Assembly: GCA_977017575.1 (NCBI GenBank)
Contig: CDRNVI010000012.1
Span: 1 to 64,000 of the forward strand
Direction of reading: 5' to 3'
Source of the DNA: Paramoeba atlantica
Taxonomy: Eukaryota; Protista; Discosea
DNA: 64,000 nucleotides
Made by a program: the position numbers and the translations under genes. The notes beneath the pieces are model-generated. The model saw only the letters and a list, made by a program, of their open reading frames with translations. It was not told the origin of the DNA and made no database searches. Positions 53,155-63,703 of this stretch are shown here, in pieces (position 1 is the stretch's first letter; each line of letters starts with the position of its first letter).

Positions 53155-54929
53155 GTTTACGGCAATAAATCAATTTACGGATATTTCGTTTATACGGATA
53201 TTTGATTTACGGACCTAAGGTTGAGCGTAAAATTGACGATTTCACTCTTTATATTAAAACTTTGTTAAAGATATTCGAAAAACGGAATACCTGCTAGCTC
53301 AATGGAGTACAAATGTAACACATGTACAACGTAAAATATTGGTGAATTCCATTCTTTTATGCATGATGCTTTCCAAAATGCCACCTGAGATCAACAGTTT
53401 TTCTCTCACAGAGAATGCTATTGATCCTTAATGACAAAATATTTAACTGATTTAGCCCTAGGAAATCATTAAGACCAATGAGGGGCAGTGCACACAAAAT
53501 ATTTTACTAGTTCAACCCTAGGGACGTGCAAATATTACCAAGCGTCTGCACACTCCCGAAACCTCATTTTTTTCACTCTAAAATGAGCAACTTTTGGTTC
53601 AAAAACGCTCAACCTTAAGCACTTAAGGTGGATGAGCGTACATGAATAACTACCAGAGTCTAAAATGTTCTGAAGTCTACAATAGCTCGAAGCAACTAAT
53701 ATCGCCCTCTCAAACACAATAATTTCATCCAAAGCGATATCAATACTCCGTGCTCCGAATGATGCATCATTCCTCACGGTGACTTTGTCTGAAAAGTCAC
53801 CGAACGCCCAAATATTTCAAAATCCTTTAAACCCCGAAGAGCCCATCGAAGAGGCCTGACGTCGACGGTTATTTCCACCACTTTCTCCCCAAGTAGTCTT
53901 ACGTACTTTTTGGGATGATTCCGGGCACATTTGATGCGACCACACATTTGATCAGGCCTGATAGAAAATCATTTTGCGGCGCAAATTAGGGGTACTCTTC
54001 GTCCCAATCTAAAATGAGACCCAACTTGCCTTGAAATTTCGAACCTCTAACTAGCTAAGCCTTGTCCGAATCATTGATAGCAAAAGCAAAACATAAAAAC
54101 CCCAAAATGGCAAAGGAGGCTCGAGGCGTCGCCACAATTTTCGATTTCATTATTTGAAGGGCTGCGGGTGGGGATTCGGCGCGGTCTCAGGAAATGTCAC
54201 TGAATTCGAGAGCGAGATCAAGGAAATCCTTTCATTCAATCGCTTTTCATCTGCAGTGAGATCATGACCATTTTTTATAGGGTACGAGGCAGTGCGCACA
54301 ACCTAGGTACTGTATGTACCCTAGATCGGCCAAGAGCACTTCATTTCAAGCGGTTCGCTGAGCAGGTACTTAGACTGGAAACAGCGAAGTTGGGACGCCT
54401 TGACCACAACACATAAAGTAACGGTTTATTTACAGCAATAAATAACTTTACGGATATTTGGTTTACGGACAATCATTTTGAGGGTAAAATTGACGATTTC
54501 ACTCTTTCTATCAAATCTTTATTCAAGATATTCGAAAAACGAAAGACCTACCAGCTCAATAGAGTACAAATGTAATACAATTTAAATATTTGTAAACTCC
54601 ATTCTTTTATGCATGATGCTTTCCAAAATGCCACCTGAGATCAACAGTTTTTCTCTCACAGAGAATGCTATTGATCCTTAATGACAAAATATTTAACTGA
54701 TTTAGCCCTAGGAAATCATTAAGACCAATGAGGGGCAGTGCACACAAAATATTTTACTAGTTCAACCCTAGGGACGTGCAAATATTACCAAGCGTCTGCA
54801 CACTCCCGAAACCTCATTTTTTTCACTCTAAAATGAGCAACTTTTGGTTCAAAAACGCTCAACCTTAAGCACTTAAGGTGGATGAGCGTACATGAATAAC
54901 TACCAGAGTCTAAAATGTTCTGAAGTCTA
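53155..54929. repeat. Direct duplication: 53348-53679 identical to 54598-54929 (332 bp), preceded by about 190 bp of diverged homology with TTTACGGA motifs
   Basis: Line-by-line identity at offset 1250. Confidence 0.93.
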
Positions 54930-55074
54930 TAATGAGAGGAATTTTTAGTCTTTCACGTATTGCAAATACAGTACAAACAAAACTCCAAAACCAGTAGTAT
55001 TTCTTCAGTTTTCGAAACAAAAGCTAGTCTTATAAGATTAACGTCACTACCTTACATTTAAATTTGACTTCGAA

Positions 55075-55704
55075 ATGCGCGCTACACGCTTTCTTCAGAC
55101 ATCGGAGGCGTATCCTATTGGGAATCGGCCACACTGGAGTACCTTCTGGTCGAAGAAGATTCCCACTTACCCCACTGTACATCCTGGACATCCTCTTAGA
55201 AGAGTTAATGAGCGCATGCGAAAAACACGGCGGGAGTGGGAACGCTTTCATGGGTTCGGAAACTCTCGTCTCATTCAAGGGTTATTGCATGAAATTCCGG
55301 ACTGGGACTACGCGGATGGCTGTCCGGGAACGACTACAATAGCAAATTATCACTTTCGCTACTTTAAAAATAAATTACTATTTCAAATTATACGATCCGG
55401 AGCAGCTGTGGAGCAAAGGCTTGCTGAGGATCGCATGCCGAAAATTCCGGGAACCGAAACTAGTCGGGATTGGGATCCACAGATTCCACTCTTTTTGGAG
55501 GATGAGGACGAATCCGGTGCAGCGCCTCCTGCTAAAGCCGTAGCAATTGACATGGACGAGGTGAACGACTTACGAATGAAACCAATGCCTTTTTCCTTGG
55601 ATCGCCGAAAGCAGTATTTGACACGTGAATCGATGTTGCCACGCTCACCGACACGTACCCGAAGCATGGTTGAAGATTTTAAACCCAAAAAACCGATGGT
55701 GTAA
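55075..55704 (+). CDS. MRPL52: Mitochondrial ribosomal protein mL52-like
   Basis: LHEIPDWDYADGCPG matches the mL52 ELPDWSYADGRPAP motif; presequence-like N-terminus. Confidence 0.7.
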   Translation: MRATRFLQTSEAYPIGNRPHWSTFWSKKIPTYPTVHPGHPLRRVNERMRKTRREWERFHGFGNSRLIQGLLHEIPDWDYADGCPGTTTIANYHFRYFKNKLLFQIIRSGAAVEQRLAEDRMPKIPGTETSRDWDPQIPLFLEDEDESGAAPPAKAVAIDMDEVNDLRMKPMPFSLDRRKQYLTRESMLPRSPTRTRSMVEDFKPKKPMV

Positions 55705-55903
55705 GAAGGATGCTCTTAATCAGTACGAAACTTTCATGTCGGTTTTTCTACTGTTTTTGAATAATATCGACACGCAAGCTTTCAGTTAATCTAGTTTTCC
55801 GCATTCTTTTCATCACGAGTGCTGTTTCATAATGTCTTTCATAGTATTTTATTTGTAATTTTGCTCCGCGGCTCTTTCTTTCGTACTACTTTTTACTTTA
55901 AGA

Positions 55904-56365
55904 ATGAGAATATCAAGACGCCTACACATAGCCGTGCCAGAAACGGCCCGTGATTTGCTAGTGCACTCCAGTAGCACTGCACTACCCGTCCTCCCGCATG
56001 CACATCGTGTCGTTCGCCTTTATCGTCAGTGGCTTAAGCTTGCTTTATTGTTTCCTCACAGCAATTTAGTGGATGTTAACGAACACACCCAAATGAATGA
56101 AAGAGCACTGGTTATTATTAGGCAAAGATTTCGGGAAGGCATGGAGATAAAAGATCCGGACAGGATTCAGGTTCTTCTTCACGAAGCTGAGCGCTCACTA
56201 ACCATGATGCGAGAGCTCAGTCAGGATTGTGCGCTGCGTCGTTTTCCGCAGCAGAAGCATCCAGACAACTTTTTTGGGTCGACTTCAACATGGGAATTAG
56301 TTAAAAAGAATTACGTAATATACTTTAAAGAATGCATCAACCGTCTGGTAAAGAGAAAATGGTAA
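55904..56365 (+). CDS. LYR-motif (Complex1_LYR) mitochondrial protein
   Basis: VVRLYRQWLKLA ... IRQRFRE ... DPDRIQVLLHEAE. Confidence 0.85.
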   Translation: MRISRRLHIAVPETARDLLVHSSSTALPVLPHAHRVVRLYRQWLKLALLFPHSNLVDVNEHTQMNERALVIIRQRFREGMEIKDPDRIQVLLHEAERSLTMMRELSQDCALRRFPQQKHPDNFFGSTSTWELVKKNYVIYFKECINRLVKRKW

Positions 56366-56617
56366 AAATATTTAGAGGAGTATGTTCAAAGTCCGGGAAT
56401 CCTATTCCCGGACATCTTCACACTTAGTTTAATTACTCTAGCTCACCTATCATACCCAGGCCTATTAATCTTTCGTTCTGTGTTTGGCGCAATATATTAA
56501 TCCAAAGACCCTTCGAAGCAGCTTGGCCCCTAGAACACGTTTGTAGATGCTTCTAAATTTTACATTAATCATTTCTTTCTTTTTAATACGATTCGAAGTG
56601 CGTTGTAAGCGTTGGTA

Positions 56618-58123
56618 ATGTCTTCCGGGACGGACTACCTGGTTCACAAAAAGCGGTATCGAGACGATGAATCAAGCGACTCAAAGAAAGCTAAAGTAAC
56701 GTATGAAGTTCCACAGCAATCCGCGGAAGAGGGCCACTATCACGTGGTACTGGGCCTAGATGCGGACGATCACGGGCGGTACAAAATTATATCTTATCTC
56801 GGAGAAGGCACTTTTGGTAAAGTCATCCTCGCATGGGATCGCACTCTTCGACGATTCAGTGCAATGAAGATTGTGCGCAATCTTGAAAGATATGCCAATG
56901 ACGCGGGGTATGAAATTACTTATATGAAACGACTCATCCGAAACGATCCGTATGACCGATATCACATGGTGCGTTTACTTTCCTCATTTCAAAATCGAGC
57001 GGGACACGTCTGCATGGTGATGACTCGCCATGGGCCCAGCCTTCTTGAGATGATACAAGAAAAGCCACTTTCGATTAGCACGTGTGCCGAAGTTGCTTTT
57101 CAGCTTTTCGAACATTTGGAATTCCTTCACACCAAAGCACATGTCGTTCACACCGATTTAAAACCAGAAAACGTTTTGATGGACCGGTATGAAGACAAGA
57201 CAACTGCACAAGAGGCCGCACGAGAGAGTCGGAACGGGTTGGGTAATCGTATTGATCAGTCTGGATTATTTCTGATTCGTGTCTGTGACTTCGGTGGTTG
57301 CCAGGATGACAACAAGCCAGAGGGAAGGCACTCTACCATCCAAACAAGACATTATCGCGCTCCAGAAGTCATCCTTGAAACTGGATGGAGGTGTCCGGCG
57401 GACATATGGAGTGTGGGTTGTATTTTATATGAGTTAGTCACCGGACGTCTGCTGTATGACACCCACGAAAATCGTGAGCATCTTGCCATGATGCAAGCAC
57501 AGCTAGGATGTGAAAATTTCCCGTTTCACAAATGGGAAAAACTTTTTCGAGACGAGCATTACCACTGGTTCACGGGCAAAGGGAAACTAGTTTGGCCTCC
57601 CACACTCAGCTCGCGTGCCTCCCCCACGGAACGAAGGGAATACGAAAGGTCACTTGAGCGTGTTGCTCGTCAGCGTCCTTTATGTGACATGCTCTACACA
57701 CGCGTACCCAATTCTGCCGTCTTGTTTGATCTCATTCGCCGTTGCATGATGTACGACCCCGCACGGCGCATTACTCCCACCGAGGCGTTGCGTCATCCAT
57801 TTCTGGCAGAAGCGGCGCAGCGGTTTGCGCACGCTCGGACTCAGTTAGAAACGGTGGTCCGGGCTAGTGACACACAAGCCCAGTGTACTGTGCAGGAGAG
57901 TAAACATGGCGTTTCCGGAACGACAACTGCACAGCACGGTTGCACCACAGTGGACACTTCCCTCTCAGGTAAGATGTCACTCTCCTCCGTATCACACGCT
58001 CAGTGGGTATCTCACGGTTCAGTGACAAGCAAATCTTCTGTTGTGTATTCCTCCCATGGTTCGGGCCAAGGTGGTGTCTCATCCTACTCCCGAGTGCCAG
58101 CCATTCCCGGAAATTCCAGATAG
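56618..58123 (+). CDS. CLK/LAMMER family protein kinase (KKT10/CLK1-like)
   Basis: LGEGTFGKV, AMKIVR, HTDLKPEN, CDFG, IQTRHYRAPEV, EHLAMMQ. Confidence 0.93.
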   Translation: MSSGTDYLVHKKRYRDDESSDSKKAKVTYEVPQQSAEEGHYHVVLGLDADDHGRYKIISYLGEGTFGKVILAWDRTLRRFSAMKIVRNLERYANDAGYEITYMKRLIRNDPYDRYHMVRLLSSFQNRAGHVCMVMTRHGPSLLEMIQEKPLSISTCAEVAFQLFEHLEFLHTKAHVVHTDLKPENVLMDRYEDKTTAQEAARESRNGLGNRIDQSGLFLIRVCDFGGCQDDNKPEGRHSTIQTRHYRAPEVILETGWRCPADIWSVGCILYELVTGRLLYDTHENREHLAMMQAQLGCENFPFHKWEKLFRDEHYHWFTGKGKLVWPPTLSSRASPTERREYERSLERVARQRPLCDMLYTRVPNSAVLFDLIRRCMMYDPARRITPTEALRHPFLAEAAQRFAHARTQLETVVRASDTQAQCTVQESKHGVSGTTTAQHGCTTVDTSLSGKMSLSSVSHAQWVSHGSVTSKSSVVYSSHGSGQGGVSSYSRVPAIPGNSR

Positions 58124-58500
58124 TGAATTTCTGATTCAAACAGACATCTCATTTTGGTAGAGAAAAAAGGTTAGAAAGTGTTTTTCAGTTTATAGTCTCA
58201 AGACAGAAAATGAACATTGTTTTTCGGTTCATAGTTCAGTTCGTAATTCACTCCTTTTTACGGTTTTTTTATTGTAGAAGGAGCGCTTTTAAATGATTTT
58301 ATTGTTTACGGACAGAAAAGAGTATTGGTGCATTTCGTGTTCTTACCAGCTACTTCCTGCACAAGTAAACTGACCAAGACTCTTTCTCGCGCATCAGGTT
58401 ATGCGGAACCCAAAACTTTAGAACTCACTTAGCTCGAGGTTTGATTTTCATAGAATCAACGCTTTGTACTTCATTTTAAAGTATTTCTCACTACTAAAAC

Positions 58501-58728
58501 ATGTCTCAAGGAAATCATAAGCTTCGTCGGAAGCCTGAAAAGTCTGCAAAGAAAAAAAGTACGCATGCCGGTGCTAAAAAGAGGGTAAGTTCAAAAACTA
58601 CGCTAAGAGGTAAGCTGCAGCGAACAATGCGGTCTGCGGTAGAGAGTGACTTGGCAGGAAAAATTCCACGAGCTGACAGAAGTAGACTCAAAATTGTTCA
58701 CGCTTCTGTGAAACCTGAGAAGAAATAA
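58501..58728 (+). CDS. Small basic protein, UPF0390/DUF2462 (C19orf53-like)
   Basis: MSQGNHK start, Lys-rich, VESDLAGK..LKIV pattern. Confidence 0.55.
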   Translation: MSQGNHKLRRKPEKSAKKKSTHAGAKKRVSSKTTLRGKLQRTMRSAVESDLAGKIPRADRSRLKIVHASVKPEKK

Positions 58729-59053
58729 AACACTTTTATGATTACGTTTGCGATTACCGTAGGAAGCATTGTGAATGATATCAATACTTACAGTGTGTAC
58801 ATACTAGGTCATGAAATATTTCATGTGTAGTACACCATGAGTATAGTACTAATATGAGATTAATTAGAAGACAGCGTTAATATGAGCAGAAACGGATTTT
58901 GGTTCACGCTAACGTGGGTTCATGCAGTAAGGGAATCACTATATTGACATCTCCTAAAATTGGTTTACCTACGTGTACTTGTACGCACACTCTGCATAAT
59001 ATTGTCTGTTTTTCCTAGCCCAGCGTTTTCAATCTTTTTTGTTACTTGTTATT

Positions 59054-61246
59054 ATGCTCCACGCCGAAAATTCAGCAAACGCTGCTCCCTTGTCTCCTCC
59101 AGTTACTGCGCATCAAGTGGTTCGTAAATCAGGCCATGGCACTCCGCTTTCGCAAGACTTTTCAATAGTTCACGTAGGTTCTCAGCGAGAGCACACACTA
59201 CGCCGTACGCACTCCTCCCAAGACATCAGCGGATCACCACAAGACCGAGGCGAGTCCTGTTCTCCACCTCACACGCCACATTTTACCTACGCGGAGACCT
59301 CAGCCTCCTTCCCCTTTTCGCGGTCACAATCCTCACGATTCACAGGTCGTCCAAAGGGGTTCTCCACTCAAGATAGTATGTCCCGCCCCCTGCTCTCTCA
59401 ATTCCGTTCCTCGAGAGGGAGAACCTCCGGGGCGCTTGATATGGGAGATTTTGAAGCCTCATTGGACTCCTACGCCCTTCCTGCGCCCGTCACACCTGTA
59501 GGGCCGCGTCCGACCTTTGGGGCCCCGACCTCGATTGCATGGCAAACACCACATCGCGATACCATCGCACTTCCCCCCACACCGCGAAAGTCTTTCCCGG
59601 CTTCCGCAGTGCCTAGAAAACCGAATAAACCCCCATCCTTTGATCCTTTCAAAAGCAAGCGCACGAGAAGCGAAAATGAGTTAGCTTTTCACCGAATACA
59701 AGGACTCCAAATGGATGAGGGATCTCAGGAGTCGCTCCCGCTCCCCCCTGCGGCGTTAAGCCAAGGAATCCTGCCCTCGCAAAATGAGGGATTCTCCCAG
59801 GGGTTCTCTCAAACCCAATTCGGTTCAGCGCTCTACCATGGGTATCATGCCGATTTTCATGAAATCGAAATGGTTGGTTCCGGTTCCTTTGGTAAGGTGT
59901 ATATCGTGGAGCGCAAATTCGATGCCCAGCGCTTTGCTGTGAAACAAGTCTGTGAGGCTCTCTGTGGTTCAAGTGACCGAACACGCAAACTTATGGAGGT
60001 ACGCGCCATGGGAATCGCCTGTCGTGGGCCTCACGTGGTCCGACTCCACCACACCTGGGCGGAGGGCGACCCCTCGCAGCAGACGATGTACATCCTCATG
60101 GAGCTGTGCCCCGGGGGAAGTTTGGGAAGACGAGCTCGCACACGGACCCCTCCCGATGAAATCGAGGCACTGGATATTCTGGGTCAGCTTACCCTTGCAC
60201 TCCACACATGCCACTCGCAGCAGATTGCCCATGGTGACTTGAAGCTTGAAAACGTGTTGTACGATGAAGCTGGGCGACTTAAATTGGGTGACTTCGGTCA
60301 TGCCGTATTTTTAGACGCCACCACGGGTCATCCGATATCGTATAGGCAGTACGAACTCTCTCACAATCATCAGCACATATGGTCTTCGCGCGAAAATACA
60401 GAGGCATTCTTTTCTCAGGAAGACGGCGACGCACGATACATTGCCCTCGATATGCTCAATGAGCGCATGTTCTACATGAGTGGTGATATTTTTGCGCTTG
60501 GCATGTGTATGTATGAATTAATGAGTGGCACACTTCTACCCAAGAATGGAGAAGAGCATACTGCACTGCGTACCACCGACTTAGTAAAACGAACGCTAGC
60601 TGCAACAAAAAAATATTCTGTCGATCTCGTCGTCCTCATTTTTAGTTTGATTCATCCAGATCCAACAAAAAGACCAACAGCCCAGGAGCTCATGTGTCGG
60701 GAAATTTTTCCGAAACGCAGATCTGACCTGCTGGCCCAGGGGAGCGACCGCCGGCAAATGACCGGAGACACATCTCTCTCACAACTCTCCTTCCTTCAAA
60801 CTGTTAGTGAGATTGAGTTCCTTTTATTAGAGACAAAGAGGCGAGAGCTCCGGGAACGACTACTTCCTGTCCTAAGTAAGGCTCCATCCGTAGTGGAAGC
60901 GTCTTCTCAAAGCAAAGAACGCTCCCCACAAGTTTCCGGTTCTAGAGATACGCTTCCTTCAACAGTTTCCGCAACATATTCAACCAACAAGCCGACAAGT
61001 TCGAGTATCCGGTGTCCACGTCCCACAGTTGCTTCTATTCTACACAGATGCGACGAAGTGCTGCGGAATTCTGAGAAAGTTATGAAGGACTATCCGCAAG
61101 TAGTGGCGCGAGACGAATCGGAGAAGGTGCTGCCGACGCCTGGCGCCACCCGTGAGGTGAGTTCAGTATTTTTATCTGAAACACTAACTGACAGCGAAAG
61201 CAGCAATTCAAATACATTTCCCGTTTGTTGTCCTATCCAGGCATAG
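59054..61246 (+). CDS. WEE1: Wee1/Myt1-like protein kinase
   Basis: Long S/P-rich N-terminus; DFHEIEMVGSGSFGKV, FAVK, HGDLKLENV, KLGDFGHA, EDGDARYIA (Wee1 EGDxRY-type). Confidence 0.85.
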   Translation: MLHAENSANAAPLSPPVTAHQVVRKSGHGTPLSQDFSIVHVGSQREHTLRRTHSSQDISGSPQDRGESCSPPHTPHFTYAETSASFPFSRSQSSRFTGRPKGFSTQDSMSRPLLSQFRSSRGRTSGALDMGDFEASLDSYALPAPVTPVGPRPTFGAPTSIAWQTPHRDTIALPPTPRKSFPASAVPRKPNKPPSFDPFKSKRTRSENELAFHRIQGLQMDEGSQESLPLPPAALSQGILPSQNEGFSQGFSQTQFGSALYHGYHADFHEIEMVGSGSFGKVYIVERKFDAQRFAVKQVCEALCGSSDRTRKLMEVRAMGIACRGPHVVRLHHTWAEGDPSQQTMYILMELCPGGSLGRRARTRTPPDEIEALDILGQLTLALHTCHSQQIAHGDLKLENVLYDEAGRLKLGDFGHAVFLDATTGHPISYRQYELSHNHQHIWSSRENTEAFFSQEDGDARYIALDMLNERMFYMSGDIFALGMCMYELMSGTLLPKNGEEHTALRTTDLVKRTLAATKKYSVDLVVLIFSLIHPDPTKRPTAQELMCREIFPKRRSDLLAQGSDRRQMTGDTSLSQLSFLQTVSEIEFLLLETKRRELRERLLPVLSKAPSVVEASSQSKERSPQVSGSRDTLPSTVSATYSTNKPTSSSIRCPRPTVASILHRCDEVLRNSEKVMKDYPQVVARDESEKVLPTPGATREVSSVFLSETLTDSESSNSNTFPVCCPIQA

Positions 61247-61650
61247 CGCCGTTCTTTTGATAGTCTCGTGTACATGTTCACTGCTAATATCTACTTTAGT
61301 TTCATAAGCGTTTATAAACGTTTCTTGCGGCAGACGCGAGAAGCATAGATTATTTTTGGACTTTACTTTTTCGCTATTAATATCCAGTAGATGTTTAGTT
61401 TACTCGTTTTCACATTGTACTTCTTCATATCCAACGTATCTCTCAAAAATTACTTGCTTTGAATTCCAATGAGTTTTACATCAAGCCCATTTTCCCGGTC
61501 ACCATGATTTTTTTTTCAATTTAATGCCAGCCATTAAGAAGTACGTAGAGTTCCATAGCGATGTACATTGTGCGGTGTATCGATTTACATTCTATTTACA
61601 AATTCTATTTTCGCGTATCAGGTTTCGGGTACTGTCCTAATATTTCTTTT

Positions 61651-63273
61651 ATGGTGCTTCCGGATACGCCTCAGCCCAAACTCCCTTCTAATTCTCGTAT
61701 TGCTGTGATAGGTAGTGGGCTTGCGGGGCTCACAGTAATGCATTTTCTCAATCAGGGTTCTCACGAGGCTCATCTGTTTGAAAGTTCGGAGGCTATTGGG
61801 CTTGATCAACATTGTATTCCCTATCCGACAAAGGATACGAGCTCTATAAAGCCTTCCACCGATAAAACAAATATTGATACCCCACTTCGTGCAGTGTCCT
61901 CTCACTACTACAATAATCTTCTCTCCATGTACAAACATTTGGGCATTGAGTTACGAGACGTAGATTATTCGTTTTCTCTTTACGAGGAAGATGACGAAAC
62001 CGCGCTTTGGGAATACTCAAATTTCTTTTCAACTCCATTGGGGTTGAAATCTCTTTCTACAGCTGCAGGATGGCAAATTACCTGGGATCTTACACGTTAC
62101 TTGACACTTACCCCTGCTCTGTTGCGTCGTGGTAGATTGAAGCATATTTCCCTTGAAACAGATATGAGATCCAGAGGATTCTCACACGTATTCTATGAGA
62201 AATTTTTACTGGGCGCTCTTTCTGTTGTTTTGTCATGCTCATTTGATGTTGTAAGAGCTTACCCAGCAGAAAATATTGCACACTACATGCTCAGTGGAAG
62301 TACTGCGGTCTTCACCTCCTGGAAACGAGCTAAGCATGGGATGCGCTACGTAAGAGAAAGACTGATGGAACGAGTTCCTGATTCTCAAGTTCATTTAGGA
62401 CAAGAAATTATGGAAATCTTCGTAAATGAAGACGGCAAACCCAATTCATCCGATAATATTTGCAGGAGACTGGGCATTCGACTGGGCAGTGGATCCACGA
62501 AGTCATTCGATGCTGTAGTTTTGGCAACCGATGGGACTACGGCACATAAACTCCTGTGTCGCTCTTTTCCAACCGTTTATGACCCTTTCTTAGCTTTCCG
62601 AACGTTTTCTTCCAATGGTTGTATCCATTCTGCGGACAGTACCGTAGAGCACGCAACAAATTTTGACACCAACGTGCGGATTCGTCTGCCGAAATCTCGA
62701 ACAGCTCGCTCCACCAGTGAGTGTACCATTCGATGCGATAAAATCCTCCACCCCCCTCCCGGCACATTATCGTGCTATCAAACCTGGAACCCACTTCCTT
62801 TTGACGAAAGCAGCAACGCGTTAAATTCTCCCCCTTCCCCAGGTGATTTATTTAACACTGTAGAGAGCGAAACCAGCCGTGAACAACAGAAGACATTAGA
62901 ATCCAAATTTTGCGGTTCTGCGCTCCCCTCCCATACGGTTTTAGCCGACATCCGTTTCACGCGTGCGCTGGTGTCGTTGCACTCCGAGAGTGTGCTGCGG
63001 GACGTGTTGCCTCGGGTCCAGGGAAGGCACGGGTTGTGGTTCTGCGGGAGCTACGCGGTTCCCGGGGGCGCCACGCTGCTGGAGCAAGCCGTCACCAGCG
63101 CCCTGGATGTGCTCGAGGGGCTGCATGTGCCAATTCCTTTTGAAAAGGAAGGGAAACCGCCGCCGTGTTCGTGGTTTGTGAGGGTTCTTTCCGAGTGTTT
63201 GTATTTTCGTAAGAGTCTTGCTGCTGTGGCAGTGATGGGCGGTAGTTTGTATTTTCTTGGAAAGGTCGAATAG
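61651..63273 (+). CDS. FAD/NAD-binding oxidoreductase (amine-oxidase fold, COG2907-like) with C-terminal hydrophobic segment
   Basis: RIAVIGSGLAGL, HLFE, IDTPLR, QGRHGLWFCGSY..LEQAVTSAL. Confidence 0.75.
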   Translation: MVLPDTPQPKLPSNSRIAVIGSGLAGLTVMHFLNQGSHEAHLFESSEAIGLDQHCIPYPTKDTSSIKPSTDKTNIDTPLRAVSSHYYNNLLSMYKHLGIELRDVDYSFSLYEEDDETALWEYSNFFSTPLGLKSLSTAAGWQITWDLTRYLTLTPALLRRGRLKHISLETDMRSRGFSHVFYEKFLLGALSVVLSCSFDVVRAYPAENIAHYMLSGSTAVFTSWKRAKHGMRYVRERLMERVPDSQVHLGQEIMEIFVNEDGKPNSSDNICRRLGIRLGSGSTKSFDAVVLATDGTTAHKLLCRSFPTVYDPFLAFRTFSSNGCIHSADSTVEHATNFDTNVRIRLPKSRTARSTSECTIRCDKILHPPPGTLSCYQTWNPLPFDESSNALNSPPSPGDLFNTVESETSREQQKTLESKFCGSALPSHTVLADIRFTRALVSLHSESVLRDVLPRVQGRHGLWFCGSYAVPGGATLLEQAVTSALDVLEGLHVPIPFEKEGKPPPCSWFVRVLSECLYFRKSLAAVAVMGGSLYFLGKVE

Positions 63274-63296
63274 GGGCTTTGCGCTTTCGTTTGGGG

Positions 63297-63395
63297 CAAA
63301 TATGGGGAAAGTTTTCCTGGTCAAGCGTAGCTTTACAATTCTTCCTCCAAATATGGGGAAAGTTTTCCTGGTCAAGCGTAGCTTTATAATTCTTC
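63297..63395. repeat. Two-copy 51-bp tandem duplication in the 3' flank
   Basis: CAAATATGGGGAAAGTTTTCCTGGTCAAGCGTAGCTTTA(C/T)AATTCTTC at 63297 and 63348. Confidence 0.9.
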
Positions 63396-63703
63396 ACGAA
63401 ATATTATTCTTCCGTTATTTCTCTCTTGAAGTTTCTTACTCGAACGGAAAAAAGATAAAAGGCGGGCCGTTGTGGGGGGATGTACGAAAATGTCAAAGCG
63501 TTACATTGTATATGACATTATTAAAGTGTTAGTGTGCATGATTTTGAAGGAAGTGAAATGAATTGAAGTGTGAATTTCCAAGCTCGCACAAGTGATAGAA
63601 ATTGTAAGGTCAAGGGAACTTTTTTTATAGTTGAATTTAAATTCCTTTTCAGGTTAATGTATTTTTTCTTTCCCTGGCGTAAACCCTGTGCTTGTTGAAC
63701 GAA

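Noticed and set aside
53535-53960. Minus-strand pseudogene or transposase fragment inside the duplication
   Set aside because: It needs a frameshift and shows no recognisable motif.
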